From assembly GCA_051294375.1 (NCBI GenBank), contig CM119268.1, positions 21,568,753 to 21,593,525 of the forward strand: 24,773 nucleotides of DNA, in the 5' to 3' direction. The position numbers and the translations under genes are program-made. This document shows, in pieces, positions 9,327 to 20,445 of the stretch. Source of the DNA: Paraspadella gotoi (taxonomy: Eukaryota; Animalia; Chaetognatha). The notes under the pieces were generated by a model, which did no database searches, had not been told where the DNA came from, and saw only the letters and a program-made list of their open reading frames with translations. Positions within the stretch are counted from its first letter, which is position 1, and each line of letters opens with the position of its first letter.

Positions 9327-9854
9327 ACACCTGCGACTCTTGCGTGAATCGCGGCGACATCGCGTTTTGAATGAACTACAACTTAGGCTAAAATTTAAAA
9401 ATACAATTTTTAAGTTTTAAGAAAGGATTTGGATTCATTACAAAAGTTGATATAAGAAAGTATAATTCTTTTTTAAAAATATATAAAAATATATTTAAGA
9501 TGCCGATTTTTAATTTCTAGCTTAACATACTTAATGACATAATTTTTCAAAAATATATATATTTTCTTTTATAACTTTTTATGAAAAATCTGAATCTGTT
9601 TTTAAAATTTTTAAAAAACCATTTGAAAATTTTTACATATATAAGGGTAGTACTATATTCAAAATAAGCTCACTGGCCTACAATATAGGTAAAAAAAGAA
9701 AAATAATTACAGAATAATATTCACTTATATAATAATTTTAAAGATATAACTGCTAAATTTTGATTCCAAACTGATGATTGCTAAGTTATAATTCACTTTG
9801 TCGGTCCATCGGTCCGCCCCCACAATCTTGTCGGTGAGTAACTTAAAATTTAAA

Positions 9855-10270
9855 TCATGTCAGAACATCGAATTATGAAAAATTATGCAAAAAAATCTTA
9901 AAAGTATAGTGATCTCGCCAGACATTACTATCAAAGAAAATTAATGAAAAATTCAGAAAAAAACCAAATAATTGATGCGCTAACGAATTATTGATGTAAT
10001 TAGTAATTGATTGATGTAATAGTAATTGATTATTGATGCGATGATAACCAAATATTGATGCGATGATAACCAAATATTGATGTGATGATAACCAAATATT
10101 GATGCAATGATAACCAAATATTGATTTGATGATATTAACATTAACGCGATGAGAATTATTTATTAACGCGATGATAGCCCTTCATCGATGCGATGATAGT
10201 CTTTCATTGATGCGATGAATCATTCATTGTAAATAAAACAAACGCGCATATGAGAGAGAGAGAGAGAGAA
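9855..10270 (+). repeat. Repeat module with a 21-22-bp minisatellite (ATTGATGCGATGATAACCAAAT)
   Basis: Tandem units at about 10030-10225, preceded by the ATCATGTCAGAACATCGAATTATG motif. Inverted copy at 12400-12800. Confidence 0.8.
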
Positions 10271-10504
10271 AAACAAGTTTGAGCAAACAATGTCGGATCT
10301 GCCTGCGATAATAAATTAATTAATTAATTAATTAATTAATCGATCAATTAATTAATTTATTTTATTATTTAATAATTAATTATAAATTTATATTCAGCTT
10401 ATCATCATCGATGTCCTTAAAATTGGGTCAGGACAGTTATTAAATATGTTTTGTTTACATTTTATCAAAACAAACAAATATCCTCTATTTTATTTTATGT
10501 CTCC

Positions 10505-10750
10505 TTCTCTCTCTCTCTCTCTTACTCTCTCTCTCTCTCTCTTTTTATGCAATTGCGACGATCTTTATGCTTTTAAGATTTTTTTAACTTGCATCATTTT
10601 TTCAACTTGCATAATTTTTTAAATTGCATCATTAATTAATTAATTAAAACATTTATTAGTAATCATTAATACTAAAGATTCAAGTAAATGTGACTTATGT
10701 TTTTTCTATTTAAACTCATTTCCACTGGCACAATTCCGTCAAAACTTTAT
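10505..10750 (+). repeat. Direct repeat of about 11445-11685
   Basis: Same order in both: (CT)n, TTTTAAGATTTTTTTAACTTGCATC, (TTAA)n, AAAGATTCAAGTAAATGTGACTTATG, core. Confidence 0.75.
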
Positions 10751-10754
10751 ATAA

Positions 10755-11300
10755 TTATTATATATTAATAAATATTTAAAAGCTTCAGAGCAACAACCCA
10801 ATGAACTAATTCAAAAAGTTACATTCAAAATCGATTTAGTAGTAGAAGGAAAAAAGACATTTTTTAAGAGAACTAGAAGTTATAAAAAGTGTTTAATTTT
10901 GGCCCGCCTTACTAGATATTAGGCCGGAACTGGTTGAAAACTAGAAGTTCTCTCAAATAAATAATGGTTAATATAATATAAAAATGAAAATAATTTTTAA
11001 AATTTTGCTTATTACTAAGCGCACGGAAGTATTTAAAGATTAGTTTATTACTATATAAAGTTAAAATTTTTTTTAAAAATTTTCAATTTTTTTTTATAGA
11101 TTCTGATAGAGCTTTAAAGTTAGATAAAGGTTATTAATACAATTTTTAAAAAAATTTTGTTTTATTAATTTAAAGTTTAAAAAAATAAATTCAGCCAATG
11201 ATGATGATGTGATAATTTTTAAGGTTTTTCTATTTTTAACCAATTTATTGTCAAAATTTTAAAAAAATTATAGTACTAACGTTCATTTAACTTTTAAGCC
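10755..11300. repeat. AT-rich dispersed repeat blocks shared with 20705-21181 and, inverted, with 13010-13270 and 6080-6195
   Basis: 10755-10911 matches 21027-21181 and 11030-11300 matches 20705-20970. AATTTTGGCCCGCCTTA also occurs inverted at 5893-5909 and is a possible TIR. Confidence 0.7.
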
Positions 11301-11430
11301 TCTTTTTATCTCGGACGCTTAACGCCAGACTTCCTTATTTTAATTTTTTTAAAAATTGAATTAGGATTAAACTCGTAAAATTAAGCATCGCATTTGTGCA
11401 TTTTATCATTTTGCTATCGCAACATCTATC

Positions 11431-11461
<31 letters not shown>

Positions 11462-11604
11462 TTGCAATTGCTTTTAAGATTTTTTTAACTTGCATCATTT
11501 TTTCTGCTTGCATAATTTTTTCAACTTGCATCGTTTTTTAAATTGCATCATTTTTTCACATTAATTAATTAATTAATTAAAACATTTATTAGTAATCATA
11601 AATA

Positions 11605-12110
11605 ATAAAGATTCAAGTAAATGTGACTTATGTTTTTTCCATTTAAACTCATTTCCACTGGCACAATTCTGTCAAAACTTTATAGCTAGCTTCTTCACAC
11701 ACTTTCCTACCCGCTCACAAAATTTCATCTCAATTTATTATGGGTTAAAATGAGTAAAAAGATTCAAGTAAATGTGACTCATAATTTTTTCATTTAAACT
11801 CATTTCCACTCGTACGATTCCACCAAAATTTTATATCAAGCTTCGTCACAAATTTTCCTACCCACAACAAAATTTTAACTCAATCTATCCATCCAATTAT
11901 GATTAATTAGAGTATTTATTGGTTAAAATAAGTAAAAGAATTTAGTAAATGCGACTTATGTTTTTCCATTTAAACTCATTTCCACTCACACGATTCCGTC
12001 GAAACTTTAGATCCAGCTTTATCACACACCTTCCTACCCACACACAAAATTTCATTCCAATCCAACCAGCCAATCACGAGTTATTGGAGCTTTTTGCTAA
12101 GGTGGGACTG
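11605..12110 (+). repeat. Three tandem copies (about 150-175 bp) of the HINE-like core
   Basis: AGTAAATG(T/C)GACT..CATTTAAACTCATTTCCACT at about 11615, 11766 and 11944. Confidence 0.8.
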
Positions 12111-12382
12111 TTCAGCTTCCTTCCAGCGGCTGTCCAGCTTTCTCTCTCTCTCTCTGTCTGTCTTTCTCTTTCTGTCTCTATCTGTCTTTATCTGTCTCTC
12201 TCTGTACGATCTCTTGCGTGATCGTTTTTTTTAAATTTTGATTATTTTTTCCCTTTTTAAAAACTTTATATCGTCATTTATTCCGCGCTTTTTTCTCATG
12301 CCAAAATCCCAAATTTTATATCCGAGATTTTCGTGGATTTATTCTCTTTCTTTCTCTCTCTATTTCTTTCTCTTCTCTCTCG

Positions 12383-12399
<17 letters not shown>

Positions 12400-12420
<21 letters not shown>

Positions 12421-12800
12421 TTCTCTCCTCCTTACTCATACACGCATTTGTTGTTTTATTTATAATGAATGATTCATTGCGTCAATGAATGACTATCATA
12501 TCGGCATCAATGAATGACTATCATTGTATCAATGAATGATTGTATCACATCAAGTGGAATGACTATCATCGCATCAACATTTGGTTATTACACATCAATC
12601 ATTTGGTTATCATCACATCGATCATTTGGTTATCATCGCATCATATTTGGTTATCATCGCATCAATCATTTGTTATCATCGCATCAATCCTTTGGTTATC
12701 ATCGCTTCAATATTTGGTTATCATTGTAAGGGAGGCTCGATCCTATTCTTTTAAGATTATTTTTTGCGTAATTTATCATAATTCGATGTTGTGACATGAT
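12400..12800 (-). repeat. Inverted copy of the 9855-10270 minisatellite module
   Basis: ATTTGGTTATCATCGCATCAAT units, ending in CATAATTCGATGTTGTGACATGAT. Confidence 0.8.
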
Positions 12801-13272
12801 ATGGGGTAGCTGCACTCAATGGGTTGAGTCAAAAATTTAGAGTGAGTACAAGCTCAAACGAAAATTTATACATTTTTAAGTATACTTTCAATGGACAAAA
12901 AAATTCTTATATGGCTCTATACCCTCATAATTAATTTTTTAATATTTATTTATAGATAGGAAAGGCCAAAAATTGTTTTGAGAAATTTTAAATTTTAAGA
13001 CCAGATTTAGATATCTCATAAAAAGTTGTCTACACAAAGTATAATTCTTTTTTAAATATTTTTATGATAAGTAGGTCAAAAATAAAAAAAACATAAAAAA
13101 TTGTCATCATCATTATCTTTTGATGATTTCATTAGTTTTTTTTTAATTTTTACTAAGAAAACGTAAGAATTTTTAAAAGCTGTATTTATATTTCATGTTT
13201 AACTTTTTATGCTTTATCAGAATCCATTAAAAAATTTTAAGATTTCATTTTTTTTCCTTTTATATAGTAATA

Positions 13273-14208
13273 CAGATCTGCTCAAAAAAAGTTTAATAGT
13301 TATGATAAAAGCATTTTATTTCTTTATTTGAAGGAAAATAATACTTTTTAGGACTCAGTTAGTAAATACATTGTCGGACCACTATTTGCTTCCAGCACCA
13401 TTTCCATGAGACAAGGGAGAGAGTCGTAGAGGCTGGGAAAATATGAAGGGTTCAGCTCCCCCAAATGTGTTTTCAAATTTTGTCGACTGTCATTGCATTG
13501 TACTGCAAAATGTCTCTTTTCATCCTTGACCAGACATTTTTGATGATGTTGCAGTCAGGCAAGTTTCCGGGCTAACCTTCAAGCACCTCCATCCCATTTT
13601 CCTCATGAAATTTTTTTGGAGTTTTGGCTTTGTATCCAGGAGCTCTTTCCTCCATGAAAAGCTGCCCATTCACTGTTAAATGACTGGCAACAATTCTTCT
13701 TCTCTCCTTTTTTTTCTCAACTGGCTTGCAGAAGCCTTACGCTGTTGAATTGCGAGACATTCCAAGTCATCATCCTTGCTCTTTATGGACATGCAAGGCC
13801 GCTTGCTTCCAACTGCTCGTCCAAGGTTTCCAGTTGCTTCAAATTTGTTGATAACTCTGCAGATGGCTGTAGGAGAGAAATGAAGCTGTTTGGAAATCCT
13901 ATATCTTGACAAACCCGCCTCAACAATTGCAGCTTTTTTTGGGGGGTTTAGCTGTTTTGAAGTTTCCATGGTAAAAAAACATAAAAAAAACAAAAAACAA
14001 AAATGGATAAGATTTTTTTTTCTGAAAAAAAAATTGTAAGACAAAATTTAGATCATTTTTTTTTATTGTGCTAAACTGCTACTATAATATTTAGCCTGAA
14101 AACCTCATTCGAATGAAAGATATTTGTCTTGGCTTTTACATGAACAAACAAACAAACAAGCGAGATAGTAGGGGGTTCAAAGTTTAAACTTTTTTTTGAG
14201 CAGATCTG
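13273..14208 (-). mobile_element. Internally deleted Tc1-family DNA transposon
   Basis: TIR CAGATCTGCTCAAAAAAA(A)GTTTAA at both ends, flanked by TA (13271-72, 14209-10). Confidence 0.92.
13364..13969 (-). pseudogene. Tc1 transposase remnant
   Basis: N-terminal HTH (METSKQLNPPKKAAIV..SRYRISKQL..AVGSKRP). Decayed C-terminal motifs FMEERAPGY, PGNLPDCNIIKNVW and SLPCLMEMVLEANSGPTMY match Tc1 FQQDNAPCH, SPDLNPIENVW and GGxTKY. The middle of the DDE domain is missing. Confidence 0.85.
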
Positions 14209-14513
14209 TATAATAATTTTAATTAGGCGAGTACCCTCAGAAAAAATAATTTTTGACAAAAAATATTTTAATACTATAATCTATGCTCATGATAGATTTT
14301 TTTAACGTTGTTGACATTAGCATTTAAATTTCATCGTCTACGTAAAAAATTTTAAAAAATTTTGATGAAAAGTGAAAAAATAGAAAAAAAGAAATCATAT
14401 CTGAATCCATTGCTTTAATGTCATCACATGCACTAGTAGAATGCTTAGTTAAATTCTTATTTTCACTATGGAGAAACAGTGCATAAGAAACAAAAATGTT
14501 TTGTTTAATTTTT

Positions 14514-14554
14514 GCCATTTATTTCGACTTAATTTCTAAGTCATCATCAGTGGC
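14514..14554 (-). ncRNA. Minimal hammerhead motif in the inverted pseudo-LTR
   Basis: Minus strand: GCCA-CTGATGA-T-GACTTA-GAAAT-TAAGTC-GAAA-TAAA-TGGC. Confidence 0.65.
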
Positions 14555-14618
14555 TGAAAGAGACAAAACAAGAAAAGGGTAATAAATATCAAAAAATAAA
14601 AGAAAGGTTAACCATTAA

Positions 14619-17600
14619 TAGACCAAAATCTAACTATGAAAGTACATCGAGTTAAATCAAAAACCTGGCATGATTAGTCACAAAGCAATAAAAAGTTTTT
14701 ATAGATAGGCAAAATGACTGAAATTAAGCGTAAAGGTTAGTAACAAAAAAACGGCTTTTTCTCAAATATGCTAATTCCCTAAATACGAGTCTTCGCGATC
14801 TAGAAACTGTTCTTTTGTTATGAATTTTTCAGTGAAGACACCTGGATTTTTCTTTTGGTTTTTTTCAACTGTTGTAAACAAAAACTAATTTTCTATTAAA
14901 AAAAGCTTCTTAAAATTTGTGATTAAAGCCGTTTTGAAATTAAAGTGGTCTGTTTTATCGAAATGAACTTAATCGGTTTTTCTTTTGGTAAATTATATCA
15001 TCCAAACTTTAAATGTTTTTCTAATACCTCATAATTCAGCTTAATATTTGTTTGTAAATTAATACTTACATACTCATATTCTTTAACATTGCAATAAGTT
15101 TTGTTTAATATAATGTAAAGTATTAATATATATATAATATAATATAAGTAAGTAAGAAGATATTGACTTTCGTCTCGTCGTCTCTCAATCGCGATCATTC
15201 GGGATTCGTCTTCATCTTCCGTATTTCTTCCATATTTATTCTGTGATTAATTGTAACAGTCCGTGTTTTATAGTGATTATTATGAATATTATTGTCTGAT
15301 ATAGATATTGCAGTCAAGGCAAGAGCAACTGGAATATCTATCTCTCTCTCAAGACGCCAACTGGATAAGAACTTTAAAAACTTTACGTCACCCATGATTC
15401 GCGGTCTTCAGTACGGTTTATCTTCTACGGACATCTTCTCCCTCTTCGCTAGGTCGAGAAGGGGGTCTTTTCAATAATATTCAATTACTCGAAAAGGGGA
15501 AAAAATACACAATGTTCTACACAAAGATTTGCTCTCGAATTTTACTCATTATAATAATATTATGAAATTGGTACAACCAATATAAAATTATCCATTCATT
15601 TAATAAATAAGCTATCTTGCCCTGACTTTGGACAGGCTTTGGTGGTTTAAGGCCTCCATCACTCTTACAAGATAATGACATAGCAGGTCCCTGCAAGGTT
15701 TCAATCAAGACTCTCTCACAGTCTCGTTTATTCACTCCCAGAGTACTCTGGCTTCCTATCAATGAAGTGGTTTAATATTTCAAAGAATGTTTCAATTGTA
15801 TGAAAAGACCACTCCCTTATTATTATAATAATATTAATATTACAATTCTATAAATTCGTTTGAATTTAGAATAACGAAGGTTTAATTTTCGTTTTCAGCA
15901 ATGGCAACTCGAATTTTTATTTATAGTAAAATATGAACTTTTTTTGTGCATATCCGGCGTCAAATTTGTAATGGATCTGGCCGCGATCCAGAAGAGAAAT
16001 CTCGAATGAAGTAAGCTTCACTATCCTTTGCCGCTCTATTACCCACTGATGAAACACATCGCCACTGAATTTTGCTCCATAATAAAGTTATTTCGCACGT
16101 TGGTTGAGAAATAGTATTATTTTAACTCTTTCTCTCTCTTTATCCCTCGTATTACCGTTGACGCATTTCTGTTGTTTCAGCCGTTAGGCCAATTTTTAGT
16201 GACCTTATAAGACCATTCTCAAAATAAGAGAGATATTTGGAAATCGTTTCAGTTGATATGTCCACACCCGCTTTGGAAACCCTGTTTTTACAGGTTTCCT
16301 TATAAATAAATTTTGATAAGAAAGTTTCTCGAAAATACGAAACTCTTTTTATTCTACATATTTGGAGCCTATGTTAAGACATTCCAAGCGGACGACGAAT
16401 GCTAGTATCTGCTGGCGTGAAAGGAAAGAAACCTTTTCACATTGGTAGGGACCTCGTCGATGTCGCCAAATCTCGCGTCTGAGCAGCTCGTTGTCGACCT
16501 CGATACGATGACAGGATATCTGATGAAATCTCGCGGAGCTCGGCGATCCTTTCATTCCCATTCAATTTAAATGCAATGAGAGCATCCTAACTTCTGCGAT
16601 GAATTTCGAATCTCGCATCCACTAGATAAGCAGAAGAAATCTTTCTTGCGTCGGTGAAGCGTCGTCATCTGATAAAAGAATGTCGACGGCGTGGACATCC
16701 TCCATGTCCAGTTGGAACGCTGCGTCAACTGAGAGATCTTTTTTTATTTTCACCATTGGCCTTAGGAGTGTAGACTCAGAGCCAAGAAGAGTGAAAAGAA
16801 AGAGAGAGAGAGAGAGACTAAGTTTTCAAAAAGAATTGAGAAAAAACAATGATAAGTGGCGAGAACAATAAGTATAAGAATAAGAATGAGAAAGAGTTAA
16901 AAAAAAAAAGAAATTAAATTCATAATTTTTGTTATAATTAAAAAATTTGAAAATTGACGTTACAGAAAACAAACCTTTGTTATTTTAATATCATGATTAA
17001 ATATTTCTTGATTAAGACATTCTATTTCTTTTTTAGGTGCCATTCCATCTTCAGACAGTCATGAATCAATTAAAGAACCTCAACATCTTTTGATAGGCGC
17101 TTTAGTGGAGGTCGCTATGAATTTGAAAAATAAAAAGCATTAATTCATATTGATTAATTGATGCTGTAGTAGTAGTAATTTTAACTGTAATAGTTTTCCT
17201 TAACCCCGGCAAATTAAGATGATAATCGTTCAAAGGCGGTGAGGAATAAGATATAATAAGATTGTTTTATGTAGTATGTAGTGTTGTCCTATATATAGTA
17301 ATATTGTAATTTAAAATGAATAACATTGTTGATGCTGTTCACTTGAATTTTATAGTAAATAATTGGTTTTATGTAAAAAATTACATTTAAAATATGCATG
17401 TAATTGTTGTTTTAAAGAATGATAATGACAGACAAATACGGCAGATACTTCATATACTTATAACCAAACAAATATTAAAATGAGTTATTATTATTGTTTA
17501 AAGTATTTAATAAGAAAAACGAGTATTATTTAATAATTAAAGTACATTTTTCTTCATACCTGAGTTTCTCGTGACTCGTAATCTCATTTTGCATATTCGA

Positions 17601-17730
17601 GTAAGCTGGTCCAGTGTACTAACCTTTTGAGCATACAGTACTCGTCGGTCGAGGTCGAATTTAGCATTATATGTCAATGTGATCATATCTGCAAGGTTTT
17701 TTGAAAATCCGAGTTTAGCTTCTCGGTCTA
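14619..17730. mobile_element. 3.1-kb TIR element with 8-bp TSD (hAT-like), nested in the Penelope copy
   Basis: ACCATTAA is duplicated at 14611-14618 and 17731-17738. Imperfect TIRs TAGACCAAAATCTAAC and (reverse complement) TAGACCGAGAAGCTAAAC. Removing it rejoins the Penelope arm. The superfamily is inferred only from TSD length and the TAG start. Confidence 0.8.
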
Positions 17731-17801
17731 ACCATTAAGAGGAGAGAGAGAGAGAGGTCAAAAGTCAAAAGTCAAATTGACAAAGACCAAAAACCCAAGA
17801 A

Positions 17802-18088
17802 ACAAGATGGAAAGAACATGAATGGGCAATTGAAAAGCAGCACTGGAACCACTCAGGTATTACCAACACTATGAACTTTGCCCTGAGACACCAGACTTTT
17901 CAAATGTGTCAATTATAAAAACAATGTCGGCAAAAAATAAAAAAGAAACTCGATACGATCTAAATGTTCGTGAAGCTTTGGAAATTCGTCAGCACAGCAG
18001 CGACCAGGCGAAAAACTTAATGAAGACTGGGGCGCGTACGTCCAAAACGGACGCTTGGAACTCAGTTTTCCATGAGCTGGAGAAGTGA
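17802..18088 (+). pseudogene. Penelope GIY-YIG endonuclease C-terminal remnant
   Basis: With frameshifts: RWKEHEWAIEKQHWNHSGIT..HYELCPETPDFSNVSIIKT..DLNVREALEIRQH..LNEDWG; matches the RxxEH, EALxI and LNxDxG pattern. Confidence 0.85.
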
Positions 18089-18150
18089 CGGGGGGGCAAC
18101 CCTTTCTTGGGTTTTTGGTCATTTGGTCAATTTGACTTTTGACTTACACA

Positions 18151-18181
<31 letters not shown>

Positions 18182-18243
18182 TAATGGTTAACCTTTCTTT
18201 TATTTTTTGATATTTATTACCTTTTCTTGTTTTGTCTCTTTCA

Positions 18244-18284
18244 GCCACTGATGATGACTTAGAAATTAAGTCGAAATATATGGC
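18244..18284 (+). ncRNA. Minimal hammerhead motif in the Penelope pseudo-LTR
   Basis: GCCA-CTGATGA-T-GACTTA-GAAAT-TAAGTC-GAAA-TATA-TGGC: perfect 4-bp stem I and 6-bp stem II. Confidence 0.75.
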
Positions 18285-19133
18285 AAAAATTTTTTAAAAA
18301 TTTTTGTTTCTTATGCACTGTTTCTTCATAGTGAAAATAAGTATTTAACTAAATATCTGAATCCAATACTACAATGTATTTCTAATGAGAAAAAAGCGTT
18401 TTCCAAATTTTGGTTGAATATCCTTGACAGCTGTAAGGAGGCAGAAATGTTACTCCAATTGTCATAAATCAGTGGTGTAAATCAAATAATTAAAAGTCAA
18501 ACTTGGAATTAACGATTAAAGTACACTTCGTTAGGCCTATATAAGGTTTAAAACCATCAAATGAGAAAATCAGAATTTTTAAAATTTTGTGAATTTTTTT
18601 CATTTTTTGTGCTTAAACCATCTATTTTAAAATAATATAACTATAATTCCTCCTTGCATCTATTTACTTTGTTTATATAAGAGCATCAATCCACGTGTAT
18701 GTCGCGTATGAGAATCATAGAAAAAACGTTTTTTACAGTAAAGGGAACAGCATTTGGAGAAAAAATTAGTTAGTAGTTATTTTCATGCGTATCTTCAAAA
18801 GAGGCAAATACATAATATGCAGATGAGTTTTGATGTTGCGAAAAAAATAATGCATTTAATACTTAATGCTGCACTTCTATTCCTTGTTTTATTTTTTGTC
18901 CGCCCTTCATACATAACCAAATTGAAATGGCTTGAAGAGCTAATGCACCATTGCATTGAGGGTTAAATCCCGGCGCTCATTTGATTAGTTGGCAAAGATG
19001 AGATGGTACTAGTCTAATGACACCAATGGTAGGGAGACACCTGATAGGATTTAAAAACCCTAATGTTATCCAGTGAGATGCTTCATATCCTGGGTAAACT
19101 GCTTTAAAGCAAGTTTTTTAACTTATTTTGCAG

Positions 19134-19213
19134 ACACTTCAGTGCATCTAGGGAATCAATGGTGCACCCATATTATGAACCGATATGTATTCGCGAAGTC
19201 AACACAGAGAGCG
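19134..19213 (+). CDS. GAF-PDE-like gene, exon E (HFSASRESMVHPYYEPICIREVNTES)
   Basis: TTTTGCAG acceptor and G|GTAAGA donor. The phase-2 start fits the exon D end and the phase-1 end fits exon F. Confidence 0.72.
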
Positions 19214-19300
19214 GTAAGATAATCTGAATTCTTTTCAAAATAGTGTTAAGGTTTTAGTTTAAGGAAAGAACAAGACTTAGATCTCTCTTAAATTTTACAG

Positions 19301-20109
19301 AACTTATGGAACAACAAGTGCTATGCCTTATTACAGCAATAAATAAAAAAAACTGGAACAATCAATTTAACCATGATGATGAAATACTCATGGAGAGTGT
19401 CGCAAGAACTTTAAGCAGTATCCTTCAAGTATCTAAGTACTATTGTGAAATTCAACGAAACATTCAGCTGTTAGATCTAGCAATGGAGGTCACCGAATAC
19501 CAGACAACTCCAACCGATGAGGAGATTGAGCTTTTGTGCGATAATTTTATGAGGAACAAGGATATGGCAATCCCTGATTTTAAAAACCCTAATCTGTATA
19601 AATTTGAACCTAGAAAAAGATTATTGCTTGTATCTCACTTTCTCTACCAAGTTTTGCAAATGTTTTCCTTCCCATTGGAAAAGATTGTCAATTATACTCT
19701 ATCTATAACGAAGCGAATTACCAAGGAAAACCCCTGGCACAACACCGAACACTGGTTTCTTGTCTCTCACACAGCATGTGTTTGGGTCAACACATTTTGT
19801 CAAAGATTTACAGACTGGGAACGTATTTCTTTTTTCTTGGCTGCAAACATGACATCTGTTGGCCATCGTGGTTTGACCAATGATGGTCTCAAAAAACTAT
19901 GTCGCCCTCTGATAAAACTTTTTCCAGAGTCACCAATTCAAAATCTGGCTTTTGAGATGTGCAATGGATTGATTGTTGGACCGCATGCGCTGTTTAACAA
20001 TCTGACATCGGAAAAAAGTGTGCAATTGCTAAAAAATATCAAACAGATATTTCTTACAGGGGATAGTGATCAATTTTTAAGAAGAAAGCCATTCTACACA
20101 ACTTTAATG
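19301..20109 (+). CDS. GAF-PDE-like gene, exon F: end of GAF plus N-terminal part of a class I PDE catalytic domain (degenerate active site)
   Basis: VLCLITAINKK..FNHDDE (GAF NKxnFxxDE), NPWHNTEH (YHNxxH), AANMTSVGHRGLTN (HDxxHxGxxN). Donor is either GTTAGT at 20110 or GTAGGC at 20117. Downstream exons were not seen. Confidence 0.85.
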
Positions 20110-20369
20110 GTTAGTGGTAGGCAAAAATCACTATATTTTTAATCATGATAAGCTATGTTCATAATAACATTATTCATCTACGAATTTTGCAACAAATAAA
20201 GGCATTTTCTGTTAACAGTTAAAAGTTCGATTTGGGATTTTTTTTAAGTAGTATGTGACACTATTTAGACCCTATTTATTTTATAAATGATTTTTAAAAT
20301 TTATAAACATTGTTTTTGGTCGATCTTTTCATTGCGTTAGTAGCATTAAAGTAGAAGAAATTTGTATTG

Positions 20370-20445
20370 TTTACAAACAACGAATTTGTTTTATTTACCA
20401 TTAAAAATGTACATGTTTTGGCTAAATTGTTAGAATCATCGGTGC
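20370..20445 (-). repeat. Highly decayed copy of the Penelope end seen at 540-610
   Basis: ACAACGAATTT..ACATGTTTTGGCT..TCATCGG parallels ACAACGAATTT..ACATGTTTCGGCT..TCATCAG. Confidence 0.4.

Larger units (their letters stand above)
14410..18352 (+). mobile_element. 5'-truncated Penelope-like element with inverted pseudo-LTR and 13-bp TSD
   Basis: ATATCTGAATCCA at 14397-14409 and 18353-18365. 14445-14618 plus 17731-17801 is the reverse complement of about 18103-18352. Contains a GIY-YIG C-terminus and hammerhead motifs. Confidence 0.88.
14290..18962 (+). mobile_element. Possible decayed piggyBac remnant (14290-14396 plus 18366-18962), split by the Penelope insertion
   Basis: FFNVVDISI.NFIVY-like patch at about 14296-14340, a Cys-containing patch (SNCHKSV) near 18450, and a ...GAGGG|TTAA end at 18962. 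The left end was not found. Confidence 0.35.

Noticed and set aside
5890-10914. One large element bounded by the inverted TAGTAAGGCGGGCCAAAATT motif
   Set aside because: No TSD flanks the pair and a third copy lies near 21165-21181, so separate fragments are equally likely.
9873-12794. HRINH/IIASI-type ORFs and a CRISPR-like look in the 21-bp arrays
   Set aside because: These are degenerate minisatellites without unique spacers or cas genes, in a eukaryotic context.
16046-16530. CTGATGAAA motifs near 16046 and 16520 as hammerheads
   Set aside because: There is no stem II followed by GAAA and no supporting stem I.
17037-17143. Possible extra PDE exon after TTTTTTAG
   Set aside because: It lies inside the TSD-bounded insert, and the phase needed after exon D hits TGA within ten codons.
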